This document shows positions 10,315 to 21,070 of a stretch of 32,000 bases of DNA, one piece after another. Source of the stretch: Nitrosospira multiformis ATCC 25196 (lineage in GTDB: Bacteria > Pseudomonadota > Gammaproteobacteria > Burkholderiales > Nitrosomonadaceae); contig NC_007614.1 in NCBI RefSeq assembly GCF_000196355.1, positions 2,700,001-2,732,000 of the forward strand, given 5' to 3'. The translations under genes and the position numbers were made by a program. The notes under the pieces are model-generated. The model did not search any database. It was not told the origin of the DNA and saw only the letters and a list, made by a program, of their open reading frames with translations. How positions within the stretch are numbered: the stretch's first letter is position 1; the number at the start of each line of letters is the position of its first letter.

Positions 10315-11621
10315 CGTTTGGACATCGGAGAAAACTTTGCGACAGACTCCATCGTATCACTGCCCCGCTTGAGTTTCAGCGGGAGCCATGTCCCTGGCGC
10401 CTGCCGTTTGACGATTTCCACGATATCGTTGAGCTGCTTGACAGGCAGCCCCGCGGCCTCGATGATCAAATCACTTTCACGTATATCCGCTTTCTCGGCG
10501 ATACTGCCCTTCTCCACTTGCAGCACGCGCGCACCCCCACCGTCCTGTGCCATCTCGAAGCGGATCCCCAGGCGCTGCCGGGGACGCTCATCCGCCGCCA
10601 GTGGCGGCAACGCCGTCCCGAATATCGCATCTGCTATGTCCGCTGTAAGCAGATCACATGAAGTACCGCTGTTCCAGGGGAGCAGCATTCCCGCATCCGT
10701 CACCCCCAGGTGCTTCAACTGGTGCGGAACACCGTAGCCATATTTGATATGCCCTGACCCCATGATCCCCACCACCAGGGGACGCTGAGGCCGGTCCAAT
10801 GCGGAATGAATGCCTTGCGCCATCGCCCGGTCCCACAGTTGCTGGCCTTCCACGAAGCGGCGAAAATCCGGATCGTCACGACCCGCACTGGCGCCCGCCT
10901 TTTTCTTGCCTGCGCGATCATGCTCGCCGTAGATCGGGAGCAGATAGTCAAGGTATGCATTGCTCGGTTCAGCGGGCGCCGTTACGCCTTCTCGTTCATT
11001 CTCCGGCACTCCCGCGAATCCCTTTGTCGCAACCGATCGCCTCAGGCGCGTATCGATGTTCAATGCCACCATCGGCACGCGATTCATGCGTGCGAAGTGG
11101 AACAGGGGCATATACATGGCTGCATCGGTGCTCCAGACCGTATTCCACTCGGAAGCAGCGAGAAACTGGGCTTCGGTAAGCTCGCCTGCCACCCACTGGT
11201 CGAGCGCCTTTTGCACCCTGCGCGGAAACATCTCGAAGCCGATCACCATGTCCGGCCGCTCCGCATGCAACGCGGCCAGCGTCTGCAACTGCCAGCGATG
11301 GTGCTCGGGATTATCGTGCGCTTCTCCCAGCAACACCACCGCCTGCCGGGCAGCTCGCCCGACAACATCGGTAATGGATATTTTCCCTGAACCGGAAACA
11401 GAACCGGGAACAGTCCATACTCCGACAGGGGCGCATTCACCGCCTTTCGCTTCCTTGTTGGCTTCCTTGCTCGTCTCTTTGTTGACTCCTCCATCCTCCT
11501 TGTACTTTTCCGTAGACGGTTTGGTCTGCGCGAAGGCAGTATCCGGGAAAATCCCCACGAATAACGTGGAAACGAGAAACACGAAAAGAGGCGCAACCGG
11601 TACAGCCTTAAAAATTTTCAA
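10311..11621 (-). CDS. Exported ChaN-like (haem-binding uptake / Tiki superfamily) protein with a C-terminal PDZ domain
   Basis: Signal peptide MKIFKAVPVAPLFVFLVSTLFVGIFPDTAFA. ChaN-type core VVLLGEAHDNPEHHRWQ...GFEMFPRR...GSGHIKYGYGVP. C-terminal PDZ-like LGIRFEMAQDGGGARVLQVEKGSIAEKADIRESDLIIEAAG. Confidence 0.72.
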   Translation of the reverse strand: MKIFKAVPVAPLFVFLVSTLFVGIFPDTAFAQTKPSTEKYKEDGGVNKETSKEANKEAKGGECAPVGVWTVPGSVSGSGKISITDVVGRAARQAVVLLGEAHDNPEHHRWQLQTLAALHAERPDMVIGFEMFPRRVQKALDQWVAGELTEAQFLAASEWNTVWSTDAAMYMPLFHFARMNRVPMVALNIDTRLRRSVATKGFAGVPENEREGVTAPAEPSNAYLDYLLPIYGEHDRAGKKKAGASAGRDDPDFRRFVEGQQLWDRAMAQGIHSALDRPQRPLVVGIMGSGHIKYGYGVPHQLKHLGVTDAGMLLPWNSGTSCDLLTADIADAIFGTALPPLAADERPRQRLGIRFEMAQDGGGARVLQVEKGSIAEKADIRESDLIIEAAGLPVKQLNDIVEIVKRQAPGTWLPLKLKRGSDTMESVAKFSPMSKR

Positions 11622-11698
11622 CAGATACTCCTTATCAGATATCGATCCCGCAGCCCCACATGTGCCGCCGTGGCCGCGCTACAGGCGCTGCATCCGGG

Positions 11699-11730
11699 CA
11701 AAGGAATCCCGGATTAAGAACCGGGATTCC
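11699..11730 (-). terminator. Candidate intrinsic terminator after purL
   Basis: Perfect 10-bp stem GGAATCCCGG / CCGGGATTCC (11703-11712 and 11721-11730) with an 8-nt loop, 7 nt past the purL stop. On the minus strand only a short TTTG follows. Confidence 0.5.
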
Positions 11731-11736
11731 TGCGGG

Positions 11737-14700
11737 TTAACCTACCCACTTGCGCGCATTGCGGAACATTCTCATCCACGGCGTATCCTCGCGCCAGCCG
11801 GGATGCCATGACTGCTGCACTGCCCGAAAGCCGCGCTCCGGATGCGGCATGAAAACGCTGAATCTTCCATCGGCGGTTGTCATGCCGGCGATACCTTGTG
11901 GAGAGCCGTTGGGATTCAAGGGATAGACCTCGGTCGGCTTACCCCGATGATCCACATAACGCAATGCCACCAGGGATGAAACTGCTGAGGCAGCATTCTC
12001 ATCCGCAAATTCCGCATAGCCTTCTCCATGCGCAACAGCGATGGGCATGCGGCTGCCCGCCATGGCATCGAAAAACAGGGATGGACCGTGCTGCGCTTCG
12101 ACCATGACAAACCGTGCCTCGAATTGCTCCGATCTGTTTCTTACAAATCTGGGCCAATGCTCTGCGCCCGGAATAATCTGACGCAGATTGCTCATCATCT
12201 GGCAGCCATTGCATACACCAAGGGCAAAGGTGTCAGCACGCCCGAAAAAAGCCTCAAACTCATCACGGGCGCGCGCGTTGAACAGGATCGAATTAGCCCA
12301 GCCTTCCCCTGCTCCGAGCACATCCCCATAAGAAAACCCCCCGCACGCGGTGAAGCCCTTGTAATCCCTGAGGGTGACACGCCCATCGATGATATCGCTC
12401 ATATGCACGTCGATTACGGCAAATCCTGCGCGATCGAAAGCAGCTGCCATTTCCACGTGACCGTTCACACCCTGTTCGCGCAGCACCGCTATTTTTGGTT
12501 TCGCCCCTGCCTGAATGTAAGCTGCGCAGATGTCCTCATCCACATCAAAGGTGAGTTCCGCATGCAGCCCGGGGTCATGCAGATCGAGAATGCGGTCATA
12601 CTCCTGCTGCGCGCATTCCGGATTGTCGCGAAGCTTCTGCATGTGATAAGTGGTCTCCGACCAGGCGCGATGCAGGTCAATGCGCTTCTCCGAGAAGACC
12701 GCCTTATTATTGCGCAGAAACCGGATCTCATCCCCCTCATTGACACTGCCGATAACAAAACTCGCCTCGCCCAGGCCCGCTTCCGCCAAAACATTCAGCA
12801 CTTCCCGGCGGTGCTCTGTTCTTGTCTGAATGACAGCCCCCAGCTCTTCATTGAACAGGACTGCCATGAGGCTGGCCGTGAATCTTCCACCCAGCGCCTC
12901 AGGCTGCATCTCGCTGCCATCGATATCGTTGGCGATCGAATCAAAGCACAACTGATCCAGGTTGATGACCATGCCGGCATGCCCGGCAAAGGCCATTTCG
13001 CACAGCGTGGCAAGCATGCCTCCGTCGGAGCGATCGTGGTAGGCAATGATCCTGCCCTCACGGTTCAGGCGCTGTATAGCGGCAAAGAAACCTTTGAGCC
13101 GCACTGAACCCTCAACGCCTGCTATATCGGGGGCGACATCCCCTACCTGCTTGTAAACCTGGGCAAGGGCAGATCCCCCCAGACGATTGCGTCCCTCTCC
13201 CAGATCGATCAGGATGAGTTCTGTCTCCCCGCAGTCCGTGCGCAACTGAGGCGTCAGTGTCCTGCGCACATCCGTTACTCTCGCAAACGCGGAAACAATC
13301 AAGGAGAGGGGCGCAATCACTTCTTTTCGTACCGATTGGCCGAAACCGGCCTCAGTCTCCCAGACAGTCTTCATCGACATCGAATCCTTCCCCACGGGGA
13401 TGCTGATTCCCAAGTGAGGGCAGAATTCCATTCCCACGGCCTGCACTGCATCATACAGGGCAGCATCCTCCCCAGGATGTCCTGCTGCTGCCATCCAGTT
13501 GGCGGAAAGCTTGATTTCTCCAATGTGCTCGATCTGCGCCGCGGCAATGTTGGTTATGGCTTCTCCCACTGCCATGCGTGCCGAAGCAGCCGAGTCGATC
13601 AATGCCAAGGGTGTACGTTCACCCACCGCGAAAGCTTCGCCCAGATAGGTGTTGTAACCCATCACGGTAACCGCCACATCCGCTACCGGCACCTGCCAGG
13701 GTCCCACCATCTGATCACGCGCAGTCATGCCGCCGACGGTACGGTCCCCGATACTGATCAGAAAAGTCTTGTCCGCCACCGCAGGCAGTCGCAGCACGCG
13801 GTATGCCGCTTCCCGGAGATTCATTTCCGCCGCATCGAACGACGGCAACGCTTTCCTGATGTGCGTAACATCGCGCGTCATCTTCGGCGGCTTGCCCAGC
13901 AGTACCGAAAGATCCATGTCGACCGGCCGATTGCCGAACAACGGATCGGCGACAACAAGCTGGTCTTCCAGGGTCGCGGTGCCGACTACGGCGAAGGGGC
14001 AGCGCTCACGCTCGCAAATGGCCCGGAACAATTCCAGCGCATCCGGCCTGATGGCAAGCACATAACGCTCCTGAGCCTCATTGCTCCAGATCTGCATGGG
14101 CGACATGCCCGGCTCCTCCGACGGAATCGCCCGCAGATCAATACACCCACCGCGGCCGGAACCATGCAACAGTTCGGGCAGGGCGTTCGACAGCCCCCCC
14201 GCGCCGACGTCGTGAATCGACAGGATCGGGTTCGGTTCGCCGCGCCTTTCCATCTGCCAGCAACGATCGACGACCTCCTGCGCGCGCCGCTCCATTTCGG
14301 GGTTGCCACGCTGGACGGAATCAAAATCAAGGGCCTCCGCGTTTATTCCCGTATCCATGCTGGAAGCGGCGCCTCCCCCAAGCCCGATCAGCATTCCCGG
14401 TCCGCCCAGTTGAACCAGCAGAGCGCCCGATGCAAATTCCTGCTTGAGTGCATGCCTGCCGCTGATGTGGCCTATCCCGCCCGCCAGCATGATGGGTTTA
14501 TGGTAACCGCGCATTGCGCCTGCCACACGTTCTTCAAAGGTGCGGAAATAGCCGGCCAGGTTTGGACGCCCGAATTCATTATTGAATGCCGCGCCGCCGA
14601 TGGGTCCTTCCAGCATGATCTGCAGGGCGGAGGCGATGCGCTCCGGTTTACCGTAGGTTTGTTCCTCCGGTGCAGCCCCTTGCAATTCCCAAGGTTGAAT

Positions 14701-15783
14701 AAATTCAGGGATATTCAGATTGGAAACGGAGAAACCGCTAAGACCCGCTCTCGGCTTGGCCCCCCGCCCAGTAGCCCCCTCATCCCGAATTTCGCCCCCC
14801 ACGCCGGTCGCTGCGCCCGGATAGGGTGAGATCGCAGTCGGATGGTTATGGGTTTCCACTTTCATCAGGATATGGGTCTGCTCCTGCGCGTAATCATAGC
14901 AATTGTCTTTACCGGGATAGAAACGGGCAATTTCAGCGCCCTCGATGATGGCGGAATTATCAGCGTAAGCAACCACGGTTCCGCCCGGATGCTGCCGGTG
15001 GGTATTGCGTATCATCGAAAACAGGGAAGCTTCCCGCGGCACACCGTCGATGACCCAGTCCGCGTTGAAAATCTTGTGACGGCAATGCTCAGAATTTGCC
15101 TGCGCGAACATCATCAGTTCGACATCTGTCGGATTACGCCCGATCTGCAGGAAGTAGTCCGCAAAATAGTCGATTTCATCCGGCGACAACGCCAGTCCCA
15201 TTTTGCTGTTTACTTTCAGCAACGCGTCCCGCCCCCCTTCCAGCACATCCACTGCTTTGAATGGCAGGGGTTCGAAATGCCTGAACAACCGCTCCGCGTC
15301 GTCGAATGAATTGAATACTGCCTCGGTCATACGGTCGTGTATCAGTCCAAGCAATGACTGCCTGAGGGTAGCGGAAAGTTCGCCGGAAACCTTTTCCCTG
15401 ACTTCGACGTAATAAACCACTCCTCGTTCCAGTCGCGCCACGGCAGCCAGTCCGCAGTTGTGGGCGATATCGGTCGCCTTTGTGGACCATGGGGAGATGG
15501 TGCCCGGTCTTGGCACGACCAGAAACAATTCGCCTTGCGATGACGCCCGCGGCCTCCGGCTCGAACCGATACTTGTACCGCTTAATGAGATATCTTCAGG
15601 TACGGCCTTGAGCAGCCTGGCCAGAATGGAGATTTCGTTTTCCTGCAATGCACGCACCCCTGAGCAAAAATACCAATACTCGGCGCAAATATGGGAAACT
15701 TGGGGAACCGAAACCTTGAGAGCGGCGGTCAGTTTTTTCTGCCGGAAAGAGGAAAGCGCATTGCCGCCACGAAGTCTGAACAT
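11737..15783 (-). CDS. purL: Phosphoribosylformylglycinamidine synthase, single-chain large form
   Basis: About 1348 aa. The N-terminus [18 protein letters not shown] parallels E. coli PurL (MMEILRGSPALSAFRINKL). It has a C-terminal glutamine amidotransferase domain ([12 protein letters not shown]). The start is set at ATG 15783; the ORF-track extension to 15852 adds 23 non-homologous residues. Confidence 0.95.
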   Translation of the reverse strand: MFRLRGGNALSSFRQKKLTAALKVSVPQVSHICAEYWYFCSGVRALQENEISILARLLKAVPEDISLSGTSIGSSRRPRASSQGELFLVVPRPGTISPWSTKATDIAHNCGLAAVARLERGVVYYVEVREKVSGELSATLRQSLLGLIHDRMTEAVFNSFDDAERLFRHFEPLPFKAVDVLEGGRDALLKVNSKMGLALSPDEIDYFADYFLQIGRNPTDVELMMFAQANSEHCRHKIFNADWVIDGVPREASLFSMIRNTHRQHPGGTVVAYADNSAIIEGAEIARFYPGKDNCYDYAQEQTHILMKVETHNHPTAISPYPGAATGVGGEIRDEGATGRGAKPRAGLSGFSVSNLNIPEFIQPWELQGAAPEEQTYGKPERIASALQIMLEGPIGGAAFNNEFGRPNLAGYFRTFEERVAGAMRGYHKPIMLAGGIGHISGRHALKQEFASGALLVQLGGPGMLIGLGGGAASSMDTGINAEALDFDSVQRGNPEMERRAQEVVDRCWQMERRGEPNPILSIHDVGAGGLSNALPELLHGSGRGGCIDLRAIPSEEPGMSPMQIWSNEAQERYVLAIRPDALELFRAICERERCPFAVVGTATLEDQLVVADPLFGNRPVDMDLSVLLGKPPKMTRDVTHIRKALPSFDAAEMNLREAAYRVLRLPAVADKTFLISIGDRTVGGMTARDQMVGPWQVPVADVAVTVMGYNTYLGEAFAVGERTPLALIDSAASARMAVGEAITNIAAAQIEHIGEIKLSANWMAAAGHPGEDAALYDAVQAVGMEFCPHLGISIPVGKDSMSMKTVWETEAGFGQSVRKEVIAPLSLIVSAFARVTDVRRTLTPQLRTDCGETELILIDLGEGRNRLGGSALAQVYKQVGDVAPDIAGVEGSVRLKGFFAAIQRLNREGRIIAYHDRSDGGMLATLCEMAFAGHAGMVINLDQLCFDSIANDIDGSEMQPEALGGRFTASLMAVLFNEELGAVIQTRTEHRREVLNVLAEAGLGEASFVIGSVNEGDEIRFLRNNKAVFSEKRIDLHRAWSETTYHMQKLRDNPECAQQEYDRILDLHDPGLHAELTFDVDEDICAAYIQAGAKPKIAVLREQGVNGHVEMAAAFDRAGFAVIDVHMSDIIDGRVTLRDYKGFTACGGFSYGDVLGAGEGWANSILFNARARDEFEAFFGRADTFALGVCNGCQMMSNLRQIIPGAEHWPRFVRNRSEQFEARFVMVEAQHGPSLFFDAMAGSRMPIAVAHGEGYAEFADENAASAVSSLVALRYVDHRGKPTEVYPLNPNGSPQGIAGMTTADGRFSVFMPHPERGFRAVQQSWHPGWREDTPWMRMFRNARKWVG

Positions 15784-15870
15784 CCGGAAGATAAAGATGA
15801 TGGGAAAGAACGTGATTTTACACGAGAAGCCCGGCTGCCCCCAGTCCGGCAAGACGTAGAGGCGGATCGG

Positions 15871-17439
15871 ATGAACGCGCTCAAGAACAATCTATCCACT
15901 GCCATTTACTCCACGGCTGAGATCAGAGAAATCGAACACCTGGCGGCCGGCCTGCCGGGCCGGCCTCAATTGATGGAAGCAGCCGGGCTCGCCGCCGCTG
16001 AAATTGCCCGTGACCGGCTGCTCTCCCCCCATAAACCCCGCTTGCTGGTACTGGCGGGGCCCGGGAACAACGGGGGCGATGCCTTTGTCGCGGCGCGCCA
16101 CCTGCGGGAGTGGGGGTTCAAGGTAACGCTGGTGTTTACCGGCGAGCAGGCAAAGTTATCGGCGGATGCGCTGCGGGCGCTGAATGCCTGGGTTGCCACC
16201 GGCGCTGGGATGGTCTCCGAAATTCCGGAAAATGAAACATGGGATGCCGTGATCGACGGCTTGTTCGGTATTGGTCTGGACCAGCAAGGCGGACGAGAAC
16301 TGGGCGGCAAATATCTGGCTATGGTGAATACCGTTAACGCCATGATGCTGCCGGTGCTGTCCATCGATATTCCCAGCGGTCTGGGCAGCGATACCGGCGC
16401 TGTGTGCGGCGCGGCTATCATCGCGACCATGACGGCGACATTCATTGGCCTGAAACCCGGCCTCTTCACGAATGAGGGCCCCGATTATTGCGGGAAAGTT
16501 TTTTTGCACGACCTTGATCTCGATGTCTCATCCCTGAAGAAACCCGATGCGTGGCTGATGGACCAGATGCACATCCGGCGGCTCCTGCCCCCTCCCCGGC
16601 GGGCTAACAGTCACAAGGGCATGTTCGGCAGTATCGGGGTAATCGGAGGAACAGCCGGCATGGTCGGGGCTGCGCTTCTGGCGGGTACAGCGGCGCTGAA
16701 ACTGGGTGCCGGACGCGTTTACCTGGGATTGATGGCGCCGGACGCGCCAGCGGTCGACACCTTCCAGCCGGAACTGATGCTGCGCCCTATCCAGGATCTG
16801 TTCAAGCTGGAGCAGCTGAACTGTCTGGTGGTTGGTCCGGGTTTGGGAACGGAAACCGCCGCATACTTCTGGCTCAAGTGCGCGCTGCAAACCACTCTAC
16901 CACTGGTTCTCGATGCAGATGGCTTGAATCTCGTTGCCTCGCATTCCGAAATAGCGGGATTGCTGCGGGAACGGTTGCGCGAACGCCATGCGCCTTCCAT
17001 TCTCACTCCTCATCCGGCCGAAGCCGCCCGCCTCCTGAAAAGCACCACGACTTCCGTACAACAGGACCGGATGGCAGCCGCTGCGGAGCTGGCCCAGCGT
17101 TTTAACTGCTGGATTGTGTTGAAAGGCGCAGGCAGCGTGTGCGCGATGCCGGAGGGCAGACGCTTCATCAACACAAGTGGAAATCCCGGCTTAAGCAGCG
17201 CAGGAACGGGCGATATCCTCTCCGGGATGATTGGCGCCTTTCTGGCACAGCGATCGAGCCCGGAAAACGCGCTGCTCGCTGCTGTATACCTGCACGGAGC
17301 GGCTGCCGACGTATTGCAGAAGCAGTATGGCGGCGGCATTGGAATGACCGCCTCCGAAATTCCCAACGTCGCCCGTAACCTGTTGAACCAATGGATTGCC
17401 GTTAATTCTGCCCCGGCCCCTCACCAGCAAGAAGGCTGA
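15871..17439 (+). CDS. nnr: Bifunctional NAD(P)H-hydrate repair enzyme Nnr (YjeF_N epimerase + ADP-dependent dehydratase)
   Basis: The N-terminal domain has [16 protein letters not shown]. The C-terminal carbohydrate-kinase domain has [13 protein letters not shown] and [20 protein letters not shown]. The start is at ATG 15871 (MNALKNN...) after GAGG; the ORF-track start at 15691 would overlap purL. Confidence 0.9.
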   Translation: MNALKNNLSTAIYSTAEIREIEHLAAGLPGRPQLMEAAGLAAAEIARDRLLSPHKPRLLVLAGPGNNGGDAFVAARHLREWGFKVTLVFTGEQAKLSADALRALNAWVATGAGMVSEIPENETWDAVIDGLFGIGLDQQGGRELGGKYLAMVNTVNAMMLPVLSIDIPSGLGSDTGAVCGAAIIATMTATFIGLKPGLFTNEGPDYCGKVFLHDLDLDVSSLKKPDAWLMDQMHIRRLLPPPRRANSHKGMFGSIGVIGGTAGMVGAALLAGTAALKLGAGRVYLGLMAPDAPAVDTFQPELMLRPIQDLFKLEQLNCLVVGPGLGTETAAYFWLKCALQTTLPLVLDADGLNLVASHSEIAGLLRERLRERHAPSILTPHPAEAARLLKSTTTSVQQDRMAAAAELAQRFNCWIVLKGAGSVCAMPEGRRFINTSGNPGLSSAGTGDILSGMIGAFLAQRSSPENALLAAVYLHGAAADVLQKQYGGGIGMTASEIPNVARNLLNQWIAVNSAPAPHQQEG

Positions 17440-17610
17440 AGAGTCCAAAAGGGTCACCAAAAGATCCGAGAAATCCCAAAGGCCGTGATTCAAGGCGCCT
17501 TTCCGCCTGCATTGCGAAATGCCGGGATTACCTCAGCCTGCCGCCTCTTCAGTTGTCATTGCTCATTGCTATTCGCCACGGTTTCAGAGGTAGTACGTGG
17601 CGCGAATGTA

Positions 17611-18024
17611 TTATGGCATTTCGCTGATGGTCCAATATGCATCGATTGACCTTATGACCTCGACGAATTGCCAGTAGTCAACCGGCTTCGACATATATCC
17701 AGCCACGCCGAAATCGAAACTGTTTACCTTGTCCTGCTGTTCATCCGATGTCGTCAGAACCACTACCGGGATACGCCTAAACCTGTCATCGCTCTTTACC
17801 GCTTCCAGGAATTCGATGCCGTTCATGATGGGCATGTTCAAATCCAGCAGAATGATGCAGGGTTTATCATTGGTTTCATCCTGAAGGTAGTTCAATCCGT
17901 CTTCGCCGTTCTCCCGGTGCACGATCTTATTGCTAACGTGAATCTGCTTGAGAGCGCGGGTCACGGACATCATGTCCACCTGGTCATCTTCGACCAGAAG
18001 AATTGGCCTGTTGGTTACCTTCAT
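17611..18024 (-). CDS. Single-domain (CheY/Rcp1-like) response regulator with no output domain
   Basis: ILLVEDDQVD (DD pair), IILLDLNMPIMNG (phospho-acceptor Asp), PVVVLTTS, and GYMSKP (conserved Lys). AGGA SD lies 8 nt before ATG 18024; GTG 18027 is an alternative start. No histidine kinase is found in the window. Confidence 0.85.
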   Translation of the reverse strand: MKVTNRPILLVEDDQVDMMSVTRALKQIHVSNKIVHRENGEDGLNYLQDETNDKPCIILLDLNMPIMNGIEFLEAVKSDDRFRRIPVVVLTTSDEQQDKVNSFDFGVAGYMSKPVDYWQFVEVIRSIDAYWTISEMP

Positions 18025-18383
18025 CACAGTTTTCCTGGTTTTATCCTCTGGTTTTATCCAGGAGATGTTCTCTCAGCTAATGCAAACTGAGGCACTTGGG
18101 TATGATTTATTACTTATCCCGCTCCATTCTGTTCGTTTTCCCACATAGCCCGCCTGAAACAGTCAAAGCAGGGTAAGAATGAAAGTTAAAGGCTGAGGTA
18201 ATAAACAAAAACCACAAGCCTTCACTTCCTATCGCCCCCCGGCTTTTCCCCGCACTTTTCGGACGCTTGCACAATTAATGAACTGAGTCCCAGGAATCGG
18301 GGCCTCGCCCTTGCGTATCGAGGGGGCTCGAGGTGTACTTCAGTCCAATGGAGAAAAGTGAGGAAAAAGAAATAATATGCCGC

Positions 18384-19154
18384 ATGTTCAATTCTCCCCT
18401 ACCCCACCCAAGCCAGAACCATCTCCTTGCCGCTTTGCCGGCAATGGAACTGGGCGATTTAATACCGCATCTGGAGCTGATTCATATGCGGGCTGGAGAT
18501 ATTCTCTGCGAAGCAGGGGATCAGCTTCCTTATGCCTACTTTCCCGCTTCTGCCATTATTTCCCTCCATTACATTCTGGAAAATGGCGCCTCGTCGGAAA
18601 TCGCAAACGTAGGAAGGGAAGGTATGCTTGGAGTCTCGTTGTTCATGGGGGGCGAGACTAGCAGCAACTGGGCAACAGTTCAAATCCCGGGCTTCGCCTA
18701 CCGCCTGAAGGCCGCATTTCTGTCACAGGAACTCAAGAGGGGCGGACAGCTACAATGGATATTGCTGCGTTACAGCCAGGCGCTTATTACACAGATCGCC
18801 CAGATCGGGGTGTGTAACCGATATCATACAATCGAGCAGCAGTTATGCCGTTGGTTCCTGTTAACGTTGGATCGCCTTGACTCCAGTGAACTGAGCATGA
18901 CCCAGGAATTGATCGCCAATGCCCTTGGGGTAAGCCGGGAAAGCGTTGCAGGAGTTGCGGGAAAATTACAAGGAAGGGGAATCATTCGCTACCAGCGCGG
19001 CCATATTACGGTACTTAACCGTACCGGGCTGGAAACAGGAGCGTGCGAATGCTATGAAACGATAAAGAAGGAATTTGACGACGCGCTTGATGACGTCCGG
19101 AAGCCCACGTTACATCAAGGCGATCAGTCATCCAAGACACTGCCACTCCTGTAG
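18384..19154 (+). CDS. Crp/Fnr-family transcriptional regulator (cNMP-binding-like domain + C-terminal HTH)
   Basis: QNHLLAALPAMELGDLIPHLELIHMRAGDILCEAGDQLPYAYFPASAIISL is the typical N-terminus of this Crp subfamily. C-terminal HTH: MTQELIANALGVSRESVAGVAGKLQGRGII. The start is chosen at ATG 18384; the ORF extends to GTG 18333. Confidence 0.8.
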   Translation: MFNSPLPHPSQNHLLAALPAMELGDLIPHLELIHMRAGDILCEAGDQLPYAYFPASAIISLHYILENGASSEIANVGREGMLGVSLFMGGETSSNWATVQIPGFAYRLKAAFLSQELKRGGQLQWILLRYSQALITQIAQIGVCNRYHTIEQQLCRWFLLTLDRLDSSELSMTQELIANALGVSRESVAGVAGKLQGRGIIRYQRGHITVLNRTGLETGACECYETIKKEFDDALDDVRKPTLHQGDQSSKTLPLL

Positions 19155-19690
19155 TATCCCTATCCGTATTTCGCTCGCCCCGCTCTGTAAGTTTCCACAG
19201 GCAGTTCCATGGGAGGGCCTTCTCATCTCCTCACCTCCACGCAGTCCCAAGCGGCGACCAAGTCGATATATCAGGTGGCTTGTTTCACCCATGAACGTGC
19301 GGCTTTTTCTTCCTTACTGTCATGGAGAATTTGGTGTATGCGGGCTGCCGCACAGAAAGAAAATTGAAACAGAGCTATAAAGGGTGCGTTGATCCCGATT
19401 GATAAGGGGAAGGGGATAGAGGCGCTCAGATCGATCTCAGGTCGATCGCCTGGATAGAAATGGAATTTATGGCAACACTGTCCCATTAGCCGAATTGGCA
19501 CTCTGTCCCCCAATCTCGGGTCTTTCTTTTTTGCCGCAGCGCCTTATCGTTACTCCTATCTACTACTGCTGTTCTGCTTCCCTCTTCAAAAGCAGAAGCA
19601 ACAGCAGGAAGGTGGCATATCCAGGATGCAACGAAATGTGGCGGAAGATGTGGCAGTTTTCATGGTTCATGATGAATAAGGAGATTCAAG

Positions 19691-20293
19691 ATGGCAGTGC
19701 TTGTTACACACCCTGCACCCGATTTCACAAAACCTGCTGTTCTGGCAGATGGCACCTTCAATGACAACTTCAACTTTCATGCGCAAATTGCTGGTAAATA
19801 TGCCGTATTGTTCTTTTATCCTCTGGATTTCACCTTTGTCTGTCCCTCCGAAATCATTGCGCACTCGCATCGCATAGAGGAGTTTCGCAAGCGCAACGTG
19901 GAAGTGATTGGAGTCTCGGTGGATTCCCAGTTCACCCACTACGCGTGGCGCAACACCCCTGTCGACAAAGGCGGCATTGGTCCGGTGGGAATCACGCTGG
20001 TATCCGACGTAGGGGGAGACATCATGCACGCTTACGGCATTGCCCACCCGGACCACGTTGCCCTGCGCGCCTCTTTCCTGATAGATAAAAACACCATCGT
20101 GCGCCACGAAGTCGTTAACGACCTGCCCCTGGGGCGGGATGTAGACGAAATGCTGCGCATGGTCGATGCCCTGCAATTTCACGAAAGCCATGGAGAGGTG
20201 TGCCCGGCCGGGTGGAAAGCAGGTGAACCCGGAATGAAAGCCAGTCCCGAGGGTGTGGCGGAATATCTGGAAAGTCATGGCGAAGCGCTCTGA
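19691..20293 (+). CDS. Typical 2-Cys peroxiredoxin (AhpC/TSA family)
   Basis: Peroxidatic Cys motif FYPLDFTFVCPSEI and resolving Cys EVCPAGW. AAGGAG SD lies 7 nt upstream of the ATG. Confidence 0.9.
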   Translation: MAVLVTHPAPDFTKPAVLADGTFNDNFNFHAQIAGKYAVLFFYPLDFTFVCPSEIIAHSHRIEEFRKRNVEVIGVSVDSQFTHYAWRNTPVDKGGIGPVGITLVSDVGGDIMHAYGIAHPDHVALRASFLIDKNTIVRHEVVNDLPLGRDVDEMLRMVDALQFHESHGEVCPAGWKAGEPGMKASPEGVAEYLESHGEAL

Positions 20294-20349
20294 CGCAACG
20301 AACCTGCACCTCCTTGAACTCCTCTCCTGTAACCATAAGGGTGAAACAC

Positions 20350-20811
20350 ATGGATTTCGATAAAGACAAGGCGATCGCGCTGCTGAACCGAATCATGGAA
20401 CTCGAGCTTGCCGGAGTAGTGCGATACACGCATTATTCATTGATGGTCTTCGGCTACAACCGGATTCCAGTGGTGGAATGGCTCAAGAAGCAGGCTGAAG
20501 AAGGATTGCTCCACGCGCATAGAGCCGGAGAACTCGTCACGTTACTGGGAGGCTATCCTTCGCTTGGGATCGGATCTCTGCTGGAAACGCACGTGCATGA
20601 CATCGGCGATATTCTGCGGGAATCGCTGGAGCATGAGAACAAGTCGCTTACTGCCTACTACGAGCTGCTGGAGCTGACCCAGGGCAAGTCAGTGCTGCTG
20701 GAGGATTATGCGCGTGGCCTTGTCGTCGAAGAGGAAATGCATGCGGACGAAGTCAACAAGATGTTGCGGAGAACGGGAAAAACAGGCGTGTACGAAACGT
20801 CGAAGAGTTAG
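20350..20811 (+). CDS. Ferritin-like di-iron protein (bacterioferritin/Dps superfamily)
   Basis: Four-helix ferritin-like pattern with two E-x-x-H motifs (QAEEGLLHA, EEEMHADE). The start is at ATG 20350 (MDFDKDKAIALLN...) preceded by AAGGGTG; the ORF-track TTG at 20314 is less likely. It sits 56 bp after the peroxiredoxin gene. Confidence 0.72.
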   Translation: MDFDKDKAIALLNRIMELELAGVVRYTHYSLMVFGYNRIPVVEWLKKQAEEGLLHAHRAGELVTLLGGYPSLGIGSLLETHVHDIGDILRESLEHENKSLTAYYELLELTQGKSVLLEDYARGLVVEEEMHADEVNKMLRRTGKTGVYETSKS

Positions 20812-20869
20812 GTATGCAGGAATTGATCCCTCCTGGAATCATTGCCGGTTGAAAGCGATGCAGATTGCC

Positions 20870-21070
20870 TTAGTCCTCGCCTGTCTTAGGGCTGTAAACC
20901 ATTCCGCTTAACTGAATCATCAGGTCAATTTCACTTTCGTCCTCATCCAGGTCCTGATCGCCTTGATCGAATTCGTAGAATTCGGTCAACGAAGAAAGTG
21001 GATCGTGCTCCGCGACATCGGCGGATCTCAGGGAAAGGAATGGTTGCAACATTACATCCGCCAGGCTCAT
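20870..21070 (-). CDS. Hypothetical small, highly acidic protein (66 aa)
   Basis: Canonical SD CAGGAGGAGCGT-ATG. The start overlaps the upstream ORF stop (ATGA, 21067-21070). The sequence has a D/E-rich core (EFDQGDQDLDEDESEID). I recognise no family. Confidence 0.5.
   Translation of the reverse strand: MSLADVMLQPFLSLRSADVAEHDPLSSLTEFYEFDQGDQDLDEDESEIDLMIQLSGMVYSPKTGED

Noticed and set aside
12028-14829. Long plus-strand ORFs (359 aa and 497 aa) antisense to purL. Similar cases: 9511-10737 antisense to the M1 peptidase, and 23210-23995, 26293-27135 and 27320-28267 antisense to the iron genes.
   Set aside because: These are shadow ORFs opposite strongly supported genes. Their composition is Arg/His/Gln-rich and low in complexity, with no recognisable motifs or SD sites.
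15691-15870. N-terminal extensions offered by the ORF track: nnr from 15691, purL to 15852, rlmN to 7678, ndk to 8009, hemP to 30325, and the receiver-like ORF to 21991
   Set aside because: The extensions overlap neighbouring genes or promoters and are not homologous to the known N-termini. Internal ATGs reproduce the conserved N-termini (e.g. [12 protein letters not shown] for Ndk, [13 protein letters not shown] for PurL).
19613-19630. Sigma-54-like TGGCAT...ATGCA upstream of the peroxiredoxin gene
   Set aside because: The GG-to-GC spacing is two nucleotides too long relative to TGGCAC-N5-TTGCA, and the -12 element is ATGC rather than TTGC.
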